Shown here one piece after another: positions 29,858 to 38,653 of a DNA stretch of 64,000 nucleotides. Below the pieces are notes generated by a model that was not told where the DNA came from, made no database searches, and saw nothing but the letters and a program-made list of their open reading frames with translations. Position 1 is the stretch's first letter. Each line of letters opens with the position of its first letter. Source of the DNA: an uncultured Eubacteriales bacterium (GTDB taxonomy: Bacteria > Acidobacteriota > Aminicenantia > Aminicenantales > Aminicenantaceae); the NCBI GenBank assembly GCA_964346815.1, contig CAYFWF010000043.1, forward strand, positions 2,850-66,849, given 5' to 3'. Both the position numbers and the translations under genes were made by a program.

Positions 29858-30637
29858 CTATTCGTCTTCTTCCTCTGTTTCTGATTGGCCCGTGTCTTGA
29901 AGAAATTCATGAAAGTTATCGAGGTTTATCAGAATATCTTTTACTACGGCGCCAGTATCCCCCAGCTTTTTTCCTTCTTTTCCATTTATGGAATAAACGA
30001 TCCCTCCAGCGTTACCGAAATGGAGCAGGAATCCTTCGAGAGCCTTGAACTCAAGATGGGTTCCTGGAGATTTGATTCCGGAGTACTGGAGTTCTCCATC
30101 TGCATAGATCTCCATCCACGTTTCTTGTTGAACTGTGATGTCGAGGATCAATTCATCTTGTTTTTTTTCCGTCTCATCCTGAGTGATGGGAGGAGAGACG
30201 GCAGTTTTTTTTGGAACTTGAAGTTGGGGTTTTTGGCTCGGCAGAGAGGGAGAGGTTTCTCTATTTTGAAGAATAAAATAAAGAACTATGATCAATGTTA
30301 CTGTGAAAACTAAAATCAATACAGCGATCAGCAGAAAATTTTTCTTTCTGGGGGCTTCTTCCTCTTCGATTCTCTCTTTTTTCTCTTCTTGTCCCTCCTC
30401 CTGTGCCTGAAGACTTTCCAGATAGGTGTTTAGAATGCTTTGTTCATCTAAACCCAAATATTTTGCATAAGACCGTATGATTCCTCGGGTGAAAAATTTC
30501 TCCGGCATCATATCGAGCCGGTCTTCCTCTAAAGCCCTTAAAAACCTCATGTTTATTTTGGTCTGATCTGCGATTTCCTTGAGGGAAATGCTTCTCAGTT
30601 CGCGTTCTCTCTTGAGTTCCTGCCCGATGGAAGCCAT
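29858..30637 (-). CDS. RodZ-like HTH (XRE-type) membrane protein
   Basis: 259 aa. N-terminal HTH LKRERELRSISLKEIADQTKINMRFLRALEE, one TM helix and a C-terminal DUF4115-like domain. Confidence 0.55.
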   Translation of the reverse strand: MASIGQELKRERELRSISLKEIADQTKINMRFLRALEEDRLDMMPEKFFTRGIIRSYAKYLGLDEQSILNTYLESLQAQEEGQEEKKERIEEEEAPRKKNFLLIAVLILVFTVTLIIVLYFILQNRETSPSLPSQKPQLQVPKKTAVSPPITQDETEKKQDELILDITVQQETWMEIYADGELQYSGIKSPGTHLEFKALEGFLLHFGNAGGIVYSINGKEGKKLGDTGAVVKDILINLDNFHEFLQDTGQSETEEEDE

Positions 30638-30754
30638 TTTCTCGAATTGTAGGATAAGAAGTCTTTAAAGTCAATCTGACAGAACTCTACTGCCCTCTGG
30701 AGCCGTTGCCTTTAAGACTGATTAATCGCTCCAATCGGTTGATAGAACCCTGCC

Positions 30755-31513
30755 TTGTTTGGACGGGCGTTAAGGCGAGCTCTATTGGAAGGCAGGCGAG
30801 GCGGTTCTCCTCCCAGGTTGACCCTTGGCAGATCAGCCTATATATTGAATGAAGTGGGAAGCATATTCGATTTAAAAAAGGCAGCAAGATTCCAGCAAGT
30901 GTTGTCTCAACGAGTGAGCCTCACATCTGACTTAGACAGAATCCAAACCATAGGAGGGGCAGATTCCAATTACGATAGGGTGAGAGGTCTCATCGGTGTG
31001 GTTGTGGCAGTCTTAAGTTTTCCGGAATTTGAACTGATCGAGATGGTCAGAGAGATACAGAAGGTATGTATTCCTTACATGCCCGGATATCTATGCTACA
31101 GAGAAGGGCCTGCAATTATCAAGGCCTTTCGAAAGCTGGAGATGGAACCCGATGTCACCCTTATTGATGGGAATGGTATCGCTCATCCGAGAAGAATGGG
31201 CTTGGCCTCTTACGTCGGTGTCCTCCTGGATATCCCGACCATCGGATGTGCAAAATCCCCATGTTTTTCCTATCAGCTTCCCTATTTTGAGAGAGGTTCC
31301 TTCAGTCTTTACAATAATGACGAAGGTGAAAAAGTGGGATACTGCCTCCGAACGCGCTTTTCAGTCAAGCCAATTTTTGTATCTCCGGGACACAGGATGG
31401 ATTTTGATTACGCCCGGAATCTAGTGCTGGAATGCTCCAGGTACAGAATTCCTGAGCCGTTAAGGATAGCCCATCGTCTGGCAAAGGACATCTTCTCGTC
31501 AGAAGACCGTTAG
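30755..31513 (+). CDS. nfi: endonuclease V
   Basis: GADSNYD and IDGNGIAHPRRMGLASYVGV motifs. The start is uncertain: the ATG at 30755, or downstream TTG/GTG at 30845 or 30854. Confidence 0.8.
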   Translation: MFGRALRRALLEGRRGGSPPRLTLGRSAYILNEVGSIFDLKKAARFQQVLSQRVSLTSDLDRIQTIGGADSNYDRVRGLIGVVVAVLSFPEFELIEMVREIQKVCIPYMPGYLCYREGPAIIKAFRKLEMEPDVTLIDGNGIAHPRRMGLASYVGVLLDIPTIGCAKSPCFSYQLPYFERGSFSLYNNDEGEKVGYCLRTRFSVKPIFVSPGHRMDFDYARNLVLECSRYRIPEPLRIAHRLAKDIFSSEDR

Positions 31514-32409
31514 GCTTTCAAGAATTTCGCGAGCGAACTCATGCTCCCAAAAAAGCCGATGACCGCTCCTGATAAAATGAGAGCGATACTTTGAGAGAGC
31601 GAGAGATAGCGGAAGCTGATGAGTTCACTAAGGATACCCAAAGATGAACCAAGATATATCGGAAAGAGCTTTATGACGATGAACAAGAAAAGGAGGGAGA
31701 GAATTCCCCCCAAAGCTCCCAAGAGAATTCCTTCCGCCAGAAAAGGCACTCTTATGAATGTGTTCGTTCCCCCCACCAGCCGCAGGATTTCAATCTCTTC
31801 TTTCCGGGCGAGAACGTTAAGTTTAATAACATTGGAAACGATGAAAAAGGAAGCGAGGACAAGAATGCCTCCAAGAAAGAAACCCACAGCCCTAGCTAAT
31901 CTGCTCAGGCTCTGCATTCTTTCCACCCAATCCTTGTTGAACTGAACGTCTTCGATGCCTTTCATCTCCTTCATTTTATCGAGAAAGGGTTGGGTTTCTG
32001 CGTAAGTAAAATCCTTTTCACTCAGAGTGACTTCAAAAGAGGTCGGAAAGGGATTGGTCTTAAGATTATCAACAATTTCTTCGAGCTCAGGAAATTTATT
32101 TAGGAAGTTTTGCATTGCCTGATCTGAGCTGACAAATTTGACTCCGGTCACAAGAGAAAACTTTTTTATTTCTTGTTCAATGGTCGCTCTATCGGATCCT
32201 TCCAGATTTTTTTCTAGGAAAAAAACCACTACCATGTCTTTCGAGAGCTGTCGGGCTGTGTACTGAAGATTATTTGAAAGAGAAACAAAAATCCCGACAA
32301 TGAGGAAAGAGAGGCATATAATCGTAATTGAAAAGATATTCCGTGCTCTGAACTGCCAAAGGTTGTTCAAAGTTTCTTTCTGAAAATATTTGATTTTTTG
32401 AAAAATCAA
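31510..32409 (-). CDS. ftsX: cell division permease-like protein FtsX
   Basis: 299 aa. Four-TM FtsX topology with a large periplasmic loop. Coupled to ftsE. Confidence 0.8.
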   Translation of the reverse strand: MIFQKIKYFQKETLNNLWQFRARNIFSITIICLSFLIVGIFVSLSNNLQYTARQLSKDMVVVFFLEKNLEGSDRATIEQEIKKFSLVTGVKFVSSDQAMQNFLNKFPELEEIVDNLKTNPFPTSFEVTLSEKDFTYAETQPFLDKMKEMKGIEDVQFNKDWVERMQSLSRLARAVGFFLGGILVLASFFIVSNVIKLNVLARKEEIEILRLVGGTNTFIRVPFLAEGILLGALGGILSLLFLFIVIKLFPIYLGSSLGILSELISFRYLSLSQSIALILSGAVIGFFGSMSSLAKFLKA

Positions 32410-33071
32410 ATGGTTTCCTCTCTTAAAAGCTTTCCTTTGTAAAGGAAGAATATTTTTTTTCCGAAGTGTCGGATCAGTTCTCTATCGTGAGTGCATATGA
32501 TAACAGTTGCCCCTTTTTTGTTTATCTCAGTGAAAAGACTCATAATTTCGAAGGCGAGTTCAGTATCAAGGTTTCCTGTCGGTTCATCAGCGAGAATGAT
32601 CTTTGGATTGTTGACCACAGCGCGCGCTATAGCGACCCTCTGTTGTTCTCCGTAGGAAAGATGAGAAGGATATTCCCACATCTTGTGGTTGAGATTGACC
32701 ATTCTCAGTGCGTTAAAAACCCTCCTTCGCACTTCTTTTCTGGAGAATCCTAACACCTGAAGTACGACTGCGACGTTATCGAAAACCCGTTTGTGGAAGA
32801 GCAGGCGGAAATCCTGGAACACGATGCCCATAGTTCGTCGCAACCGGAATATTTTATGATCGGAGATTCGCAGAATATTTCTGCCGTCAACGATGATCTG
32901 GCCATGAGTGGGAAAGATTTGACGAAATATTATTTTCAGGAGGGTTGTTTTTCCAGACCCGCTCGGGCCCGTGACGAAACAAAAATCTCCTTGATTGACA
33001 TCGAGAGTGATGTCTTTCAGTGCCCAATCAGGCTTCTGGTACTGTTTCCAAATATGATAGAGCTCGATCAT
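32406..33071 (-). CDS. ftsE: cell division ATP-binding protein FtsE
   Basis: 221 aa. Walker A GPSGSGKTT, ABC signature and FtsE length. Confidence 0.9.
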   Translation of the reverse strand: MIELYHIWKQYQKPDWALKDITLDVNQGDFCFVTGPSGSGKTTLLKIIFRQIFPTHGQIIVDGRNILRISDHKIFRLRRTMGIVFQDFRLLFHKRVFDNVAVVLQVLGFSRKEVRRRVFNALRMVNLNHKMWEYPSHLSYGEQQRVAIARAVVNNPKIILADEPTGNLDTELAFEIMSLFTEINKKGATVIICTHDRELIRHFGKKIFFLYKGKLLREETI

Positions 33072-33475
33072 CCATTTCTCCTTTTCAGCTCTCCATGCTC
33101 TTCCAGGGAGTTATCATCATAAGCTGTTCCACTGCCTTCCGACCCGACATTCTGCATACATCCTGGAAGATATGAAAACAGAGAGAAGTGGAGGAATGGA
33201 GATGTGTCAAAAAGGAAACCACTGGACAACCAGAGCCTCATATCTTTATCCTGACGTGCATTGAAGTCCACTCGTGTCGTGGTTTTAAAGGCCTCGGATT
33301 TCATCAGTTGAGGGAAAATTATAGCACATCGATATCTGCAATCAAACACAGCGAAGGTGGGACAACGACACCTTCTAATAAGGGATATCGCCATTCGTAA
33401 ATGATCATATTGCCCAATTTATTAGGATTGTTTTATTCACAAAGAATGTGAGAGAAGTCGGAACATCATGAAAGA

Positions 33476-33655
33476 TTAAGGAATAAAAAGGTACATGAAC
33501 CATCCGAAAAGCAGAGCGCCAACGACCATAATTAGGAAAAGAGAGATGAAATATCGGATCCTGGCTTTTCGCTCGGTTCTGCGGATAAGAGAAAGCACAA
33601 GGCAAACAAACACGGAATAGACGATCAAAGAAACAAGATGACTCTTTAAAATCAT
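33476..33655 (-). CDS. small two-TM membrane protein (59 aa)
   Basis: Hand-translated as MILKSHLVSLIVYSVFVCLVLSLIRRTERKARIRYFISLFLIMVVGALLFGWFMYLFIP. The ATG overlaps the stop of the upstream gene (ATGA). It falls below the 60-aa ORF cutoff. Confidence 0.4.
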   Translation of the reverse strand: MILKSHLVSLIVYSVFVCLVLSLIRRTERKARIRYFISLFLIMVVGALLFGWFMYLFIP

Positions 33656-34020
33656 TTTTTCTTTCCCAAGGCGATATCCAGAGCGTCAAGGGCGACGAGA
33701 TAATTCAAAAGTCCGGCTCCGGCGATATACGCGGTGCCAAATTCAAAGGTTGTGCTTTTTAGGTTGCCTAAACCGAAACTGAATATTTTGGCAAGGAAGT
33801 AATAGGCGCCTATTCCGAGATCAGAGAAAAAGGCAAGAATGGTCAGTGGGTTTTCAGTCTGGAAAGAGTAGATTCTTCCCTCCAAAAAAAGTCCGAGAAG
33901 AAACATGCAGGTTATACTGAGAAAAAAAATGAGCCCTCTCCAGTATTTTTTTAGAAAGACATGTCCCAGGCCAGGAAGGAACCATCCCAGAACAAGACTT
34001 ATGTATGATCTCAGCGTCAT
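33652..34020 (-). CDS. hypothetical polytopic membrane protein (TM2-like PGLGH motif)
   Basis: 122 aa. Three or four hydrophobic helices and a WFLPGLGHVFLKKYWRG motif. Confidence 0.5.
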   Translation of the reverse strand: MTLRSYISLVLGWFLPGLGHVFLKKYWRGLIFFLSITCMFLLGLFLEGRIYSFQTENPLTILAFFSDLGIGAYYFLAKIFSFGLGNLKSTTFEFGTAYIAGAGLLNYLVALDALDIALGKKK

Positions 34021-34132
34021 TTTTTTGATTAAGAATAATAATTGAAAAGATGAACCAAATCAAGTAAAAAGCTCAAAAAATCCCTTCATATACAGGTTTA
34101 TTTATTAAATTGTTTTCATTATCATGGTTGCT

Positions 34133-34966
34133 ATGCCAGAGCTGCCTGAAGTGGAGACTATTGTTAGGCATCTTTCTAAACAACTCAACGGCCTAAAAAT
34201 CATTTCCGGAAAACTCCTCAACTCACAGATATGTAAGGATGAAAAAGCCGCGGATCCAGGAGCTATTGAAGGATTTAGAGTCAAAGGTATCCGTCGACGG
34301 GGAAAGGTGATACTGATCGACTTGGAGGGAAATGTAACCATTCTTTTCCATTTGGGTATGACCGGTCAACTTTTCCTCACTTCGCCATGCGGTCCCATAG
34401 ACCGACACACCCATTTCAAGCTCAGCTTTTTAAGCTACCCATATGAGCTACGTTTCCGGGATGTCCGGAGGTTTGGTTGTCTTGCATTTGTACCAACCGA
34501 TGAATTTTTACTGAATCGAAGGCTCAAGCGATTAGGTCCTGAGCCTCTTGAGGTGAAGTTTCCAGAATTTGTTTCTCAATTTTATGGACGCCGGGCAAGG
34601 TTGAAGAGCCTTCTTTTGGACCAGAGTGTTCTTGCAGGGATTGGTAACATCTATGCAGATGAGATTCTCTTTCGAGCTAAGCTTCATCCCAGTTTTCCAG
34701 CTTATTTGCTTCAAAAATCACATCTAGAGCGTTTGTGGAAAGCTGTAAGGGAAGTTCTGCTACAAGCCATAAAATATAAAGGCTCGACAATCCGCAATTA
34801 TGTGAATGCAGAAAACCTTCCGGGAGAATTCCAATCCTTTCATCGGGTTTACGGAAAAGAGAACCAACCCTGTTCGATATGCGAGACAAGGATCGAACGC
34901 ATCAAGATAGACGCAAGAAGCACCTATTTTTGTCCCCATTGTCAGGACCTTGGGATAAAAGACTGA
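34133..34966 (+). CDS. mutM: formamidopyrimidine-DNA glycosylase
   Basis: Starts MPELPEVE, with catalytic Pro2 and Glu3. C-terminal zinc finger CSICETRIERIKIDARSTYFCPHCQ. Confidence 0.9.
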   Translation: MPELPEVETIVRHLSKQLNGLKIISGKLLNSQICKDEKAADPGAIEGFRVKGIRRRGKVILIDLEGNVTILFHLGMTGQLFLTSPCGPIDRHTHFKLSFLSYPYELRFRDVRRFGCLAFVPTDEFLLNRRLKRLGPEPLEVKFPEFVSQFYGRRARLKSLLLDQSVLAGIGNIYADEILFRAKLHPSFPAYLLQKSHLERLWKAVREVLLQAIKYKGSTIRNYVNAENLPGEFQSFHRVYGKENQPCSICETRIERIKIDARSTYFCPHCQDLGIKD

Positions 34967-35080
34967 TCCTGGAATATACAGGCTGAAAAATAAAGTTTTC
35001 CCCTGCTTCTGAGCCTGGCGGGCCAGCTGTCAGGTGACAGTAAACAAGCGCGAAAAGAAAAGTTTTGACACGCAGATGAT

Positions 35081-36364
35081 TTAAGGAAAAACTCCCCTGT
35101 ACCTGTAGACCTCAGCTATTCGATCGATGGCCACAATATAAGCTGCACAACGGAAACTGACATTTCTCTCTGTGGCCTCTGCCCAGACTTCTTTGAAGGC
35201 CTTGACCATCTTTCGTTCCAATTCTGCATTGACCTGTTCTGCTTCCCAATAGAGACCGCTTATAGCTTGAACCCATTCCAGGTGGCTCACTACTACGCCT
35301 CCAGCATTGGCCAAAATATCAGGAACGACGCGGATTTTTCTTGACCGCAAAATGTCGTCTGCTTCTGGGGTAGTGGGCCCGTTAGCCCCTTCTATTACAT
35401 ATCTGGCTTTAATTTTGTCAGCGTTTTTTCGGTGGATTTGATTTTCCAGGGCTGCAGGGATCAAGACATCGACATCTTGAAAAAGAACGTCATCTCTTTC
35501 GATCTGCTTGCCAGGATGTTTGATGACACATGCGTGCTTTTCTACGCAATCGATAAGGCCGGGAATGTCCAGTCCATCTGGATCGACCAAAGCCCCGGAT
35601 TCGTCAGAGGCAGCAACGATCTTGGCACCCATTTGAGAGAGGAACAGGGCAGCGTGTCCCCCCACATTTCCAAAACCCTGAATGGCGATTTTGGCTCCAT
35701 TCAGACTCTTATTCTCTGCTTTAAACAATTCTCTGACGATAAGTGAAACTCCTTTGCCTGTCGCTTCTTTTCTTCCCTTCGAACCGCCGAGAATCTCCGG
35801 CTTTCCGGTGACGATGCTCGGCTCTGTATAGCCTTTGAACATGGAAAAGGTGTCCATGATCCAAGCCATGGTCTTTGAAGTGGTGTAGACATCTGGAGCG
35901 GGAATATCGATATGGGGACCCAAAATAGGCATTATCTCGCTCGTGTATCTTCGGGTAAGCCTTTCCAATTCGCCTTCGCTCATATCTTTCGGGCTGCAGA
36001 CTATGCCCCCCTTAGCTCCTCCATAAGGAAGATCCAGGAGGGAACATTTCCATGTCATCCAGGCTGCGAGTGCAGTGACTTCATCCTCTGTGACTCCAGG
36101 ATGATATCGAACTCCTCCCTTGGCCGGACCCTTTGCGTTGTTGTACTGACATCTATATCCAGTGAAGACCTTTACCCGCCCACTATCCATTTTGATGGGA
36201 ATGGATACCTTTAAAATTCTCATGGGCTTGTCCAATATTTTTAGCAGGTTAGGATCCAACTGTATTTCCTTTGCCGCTTTATAGAGCTGTTTTCGGGCTT
36301 TTTGTGCAATCGATTCTTCAATCATCTTCCCTCCTGATCTGTGAAGGAGATAGATTTTCTCCAT
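35081..36364 (-). CDS. gdhA: glutamate dehydrogenase
   Basis: Glu/Leu/Phe/Val dehydrogenase signature KGPAKGGVRYH...LDLPYGGAKGG and a GFGNVG NAD(P)-binding motif. The start is either the ATG at 36364 or the ATG at 36325. Confidence 0.9.
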   Translation of the reverse strand: MEKIYLLHRSGGKMIEESIAQKARKQLYKAAKEIQLDPNLLKILDKPMRILKVSIPIKMDSGRVKVFTGYRCQYNNAKGPAKGGVRYHPGVTEDEVTALAAWMTWKCSLLDLPYGGAKGGIVCSPKDMSEGELERLTRRYTSEIMPILGPHIDIPAPDVYTTSKTMAWIMDTFSMFKGYTEPSIVTGKPEILGGSKGRKEATGKGVSLIVRELFKAENKSLNGAKIAIQGFGNVGGHAALFLSQMGAKIVAASDESGALVDPDGLDIPGLIDCVEKHACVIKHPGKQIERDDVLFQDVDVLIPAALENQIHRKNADKIKARYVIEGANGPTTPEADDILRSRKIRVVPDILANAGGVVVSHLEWVQAISGLYWEAEQVNAELERKMVKAFKEVWAEATERNVSFRCAAYIVAIDRIAEVYRYRGVFP

Positions 36365-36574
36365 CGCAGAGCTCCTCTCTCCTCGCTTGTATGCCTCTGA
36401 AGGGCTTCATCCTCGGCCTGCCTCACGCTCTCGAAACTGCCGTTAAGAGAGAGTCCCTTATTCTTGTCACGAAATGATTGCAAGTCAATGACGGTTTCAT
36501 TATAATGAGAAATCGCGTCGAAAGACAATCTTTTGCCCAATAAAGAAAGGTGACTCAAGAAAGGAGGAAAACTC

Positions 36575-36694
36575 ATGGCCGAAGAGAGAAAGACCTATGT
36601 CTGCAATCTGTGTGGTCAAGAAGTGGTTGTGACTAAGGCAGGAGTCGGAACATTGGTTTGCTGTGATCAACCTATGGAAATCAAAGAAGAGTAG
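36575..36694 (+). CDS. desulforedoxin
   Basis: 39-aa ORF absent from the >=60-aa track: MAEERKTYVCNLCGQEVVVTKAGVGTLVCCDQPMEIKEE. It matches the Dx pattern YxCxLCGQxVxV...GxGTLVCC...M. AAGGAGGA RBS 7 nt upstream. Confidence 0.8.
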   Translation: MAEERKTYVCNLCGQEVVVTKAGVGTLVCCDQPMEIKEE

Positions 36695-36722
36695 CGATTG
36701 TTTTTTAGAAGGGAGAGAGAAA

Positions 36723-37169
36723 ATGAAAAGTTATGATGACATCATCGAGTTCGCTATCCAGAGGGAAGAAGCAGCCATAAAAGCTTATGGAGACTTGAGC
36801 AAGTCAGCAAAGACTCCAGGCTTGAAGGACATGCTTCTCGAGCTTCAAAATGAGGAGAAAAATCATAAAAAGCTTCTCCAGGACATCACGGAGGAGCAGA
36901 TCGCGTCCTTTCCAAAAGAAGAGGTGATTGATTTAAAAATATCTGATTATTTGACCGAAGAGCCGCCGGGCGAGGATATGAACTTTCAGGATCTTCTCAT
37001 TTTTGCTGCGAAAAAAGAACAGAACGCTGTGGACCTCTATACCAAACTAAGAGAAGATGCCGAGAGCAACGAGCTGAAGGAACTTTTTGATTTTTTAATC
37101 ATACAGGAAAAATCTCATAAATTGAAGCTGGAGAAAGAATACGAAAAACATGTTTTGGAGGAGGATTGA
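36723..37169 (+). CDS. rubrerythrin-like (ferritin-like diiron) protein without rubredoxin domain
   Basis: Start at MKSYDDIIEF. Two E..E..H-type helix pairs (ELQNEEKNHKKL and FLIIQEKSHKLKLE). Confidence 0.6.
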   Translation: MKSYDDIIEFAIQREEAAIKAYGDLSKSAKTPGLKDMLLELQNEEKNHKKLLQDITEEQIASFPKEEVIDLKISDYLTEEPPGEDMNFQDLLIFAAKKEQNAVDLYTKLREDAESNELKELFDFLIIQEKSHKLKLEKEYEKHVLEED

Positions 37170-37264
37170 TCCTGGACGGATTGTCAAAGGAAGGTGAGTT
37201 CTTTTCAGACTTAACGGCTGATAGGACGCGATAAAATTCAGGAGCTTAAATAAGGAGAATAAAG

Positions 37265-37426
37265 ATGGAAAAATGGGAATGTACAGCCTGCGGATATATT
37301 TATGATCCCGAACAGGGCGATCCCGAAAATGGAATCGAACCTGGAACTCCGTTCGAGAAGTTGCCTGATGATTGGGTTTGTCCCCAGTGCGGAGTGGGTA
37401 AAGAGTATTTTCAAAAAATGTCCTGA
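37265..37426 (+). CDS. rubredoxin
   Basis: 53-aa ORF absent from the track: [53 protein letters not shown]. Classic CxxCG...CPxCG motif. Confidence 0.9.
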   Translation: MEKWECTACGYIYDPEQGDPENGIEPGTPFEKLPDDWVCPQCGVGKEYFQKMS

Positions 37427-37450
37427 GAAAGAATTGGGATAAAACTTACC

Positions 37451-38653
37451 ATGCATGTCATTGTGGTTGGTAACGGCCTAGCAGGAACGATTTCGTCGAA
37501 GACTATCCGTGAGCTGGATTCCGAGGCAGAAATCGACGTTTATGCTGCAGAACCGTACCCATACTATCCTCGTCCTAATCTTATTGAATTCTTAGCTGGT
37601 CTTATTTCCAAAGAAAAGCTTTTTGCTTTCTCGGAAGAGTGGTACAAGAATCAGAATATTAGTCTTCACCTCAGTACTCCGGTAATATCACTCTATCCGG
37701 AAGCCGGGCAGGTCGAACTGGAGGACGCAAGAAAAGTCGGATATGATGCCCTGCTTCTGACCAATGGCGCTCATTCCTTTATTCCTCCTTTCGAAGGGAC
37801 AAAAAAACGAGGGGTTTTTGCGCTGAGAACGCTGGATGATGCGCTCGCTATCTTGGATTGGATCAAAAATCATAACAAGGTGGCGATCATCGGGGGCGGA
37901 CTTTTGGGGCTGGAGATCGCCAAAGCCCTGCGGTCTGGGGGGGCTGAGATCCAGGTAGTAGAATTTTTTGAGCGTCTCCTGCCACGGCAGCTCGATACTC
38001 AGGGCGCCTCAGTGCTGAAAGCCCAGGTCGAGAATATGGGAATCAGTATCCGTCTCGGTGTGGCCACCGAAGAAATCTTGGGGGAGGATGAGGTCACAGG
38101 GCTCCGCTTCAAAGATGGAGATGAAATTGAGGCAGGAGCTGCTGTAGTGGCTGCGGGTGTGAGACCGAATATCGGCTTGGCCAAAGAGGCGGGACTTGTG
38201 ACAGATAAAGGAATCGTCGTTGATGATCATCTCCAGACAAGCCACCCGGATATATTCGCTGCTGGAGATAATGTTCAGCACAGGGAAAAACTTTACGGAA
38301 TCATTCCCGCTTCTTTCAACCAGGCCCGGACTGCCGCCTTCAACATTGCCGGACAGAAAAAGAAGTATGAAGGGACAATTCCTTCCAATACCCTCAAGGT
38401 CATTGGCCTCGATGTAACTTCCATCGGAGAAGTCAATCCTGAAGAAGGAACCTGCGAGGAGTTTCGGGAGGTAAGGGAAGAAAAAGGAATCTATAAAAAG
38501 GTCGTTATCAAGGACGGAAAGATAATTGGTGCCATATGGATAGGGACCAAAGACAAGGTTAATGATATCAATCGTCTCATCCTCCAACAGATTGAAGTCG
38601 AAAAATGGAAGAGCTCGCTTTTAGAGGATGATTTCGATTTCTCAATCTTATGA
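37451..38653 (+). CDS. FAD-dependent NAD(P)H:rubredoxin oxidoreductase-like pyridine nucleotide-disulfide oxidoreductase
   Basis: 400 aa. N-terminal VVVGNGLAG FAD motif, a second GGGLLG NAD motif, and the operon context with rubredoxin. Confidence 0.7.
   Translation: MHVIVVGNGLAGTISSKTIRELDSEAEIDVYAAEPYPYYPRPNLIEFLAGLISKEKLFAFSEEWYKNQNISLHLSTPVISLYPEAGQVELEDARKVGYDALLLTNGAHSFIPPFEGTKKRGVFALRTLDDALAILDWIKNHNKVAIIGGGLLGLEIAKALRSGGAEIQVVEFFERLLPRQLDTQGASVLKAQVENMGISIRLGVATEEILGEDEVTGLRFKDGDEIEAGAAVVAAGVRPNIGLAKEAGLVTDKGIVVDDHLQTSHPDIFAAGDNVQHREKLYGIIPASFNQARTAAFNIAGQKKKYEGTIPSNTLKVIGLDVTSIGEVNPEEGTCEEFREVREEKGIYKKVVIKDGKIIGAIWIGTKDKVNDINRLILQQIEVEKWKSSLLEDDFDFSIL

Noticed and set aside
30755-30860. 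Alternative shorter start for nfi
   Set aside because: It was not rejected outright. The sequence cannot decide between the ATG at 30755 and TTG/GTG codons near 30845-30854, so the ORF-track start is kept.
33068-33394. 108-aa Cys/Arg/Phe-rich ORF ending in an ATGA overlap with ftsE
   Set aside because: Its composition is not protein-like and no family is recognised. It is kept only as a remark inside the ftsEX leader finding.
33405-33689. 94-aa minus-strand ORF
   Set aside because: It is in a different frame from the 59-aa two-TM ORF (33476-33655) that is ATGA-coupled to the upstream gene. The 94-aa frame overlaps the upstream CDS and looks non-protein-like.
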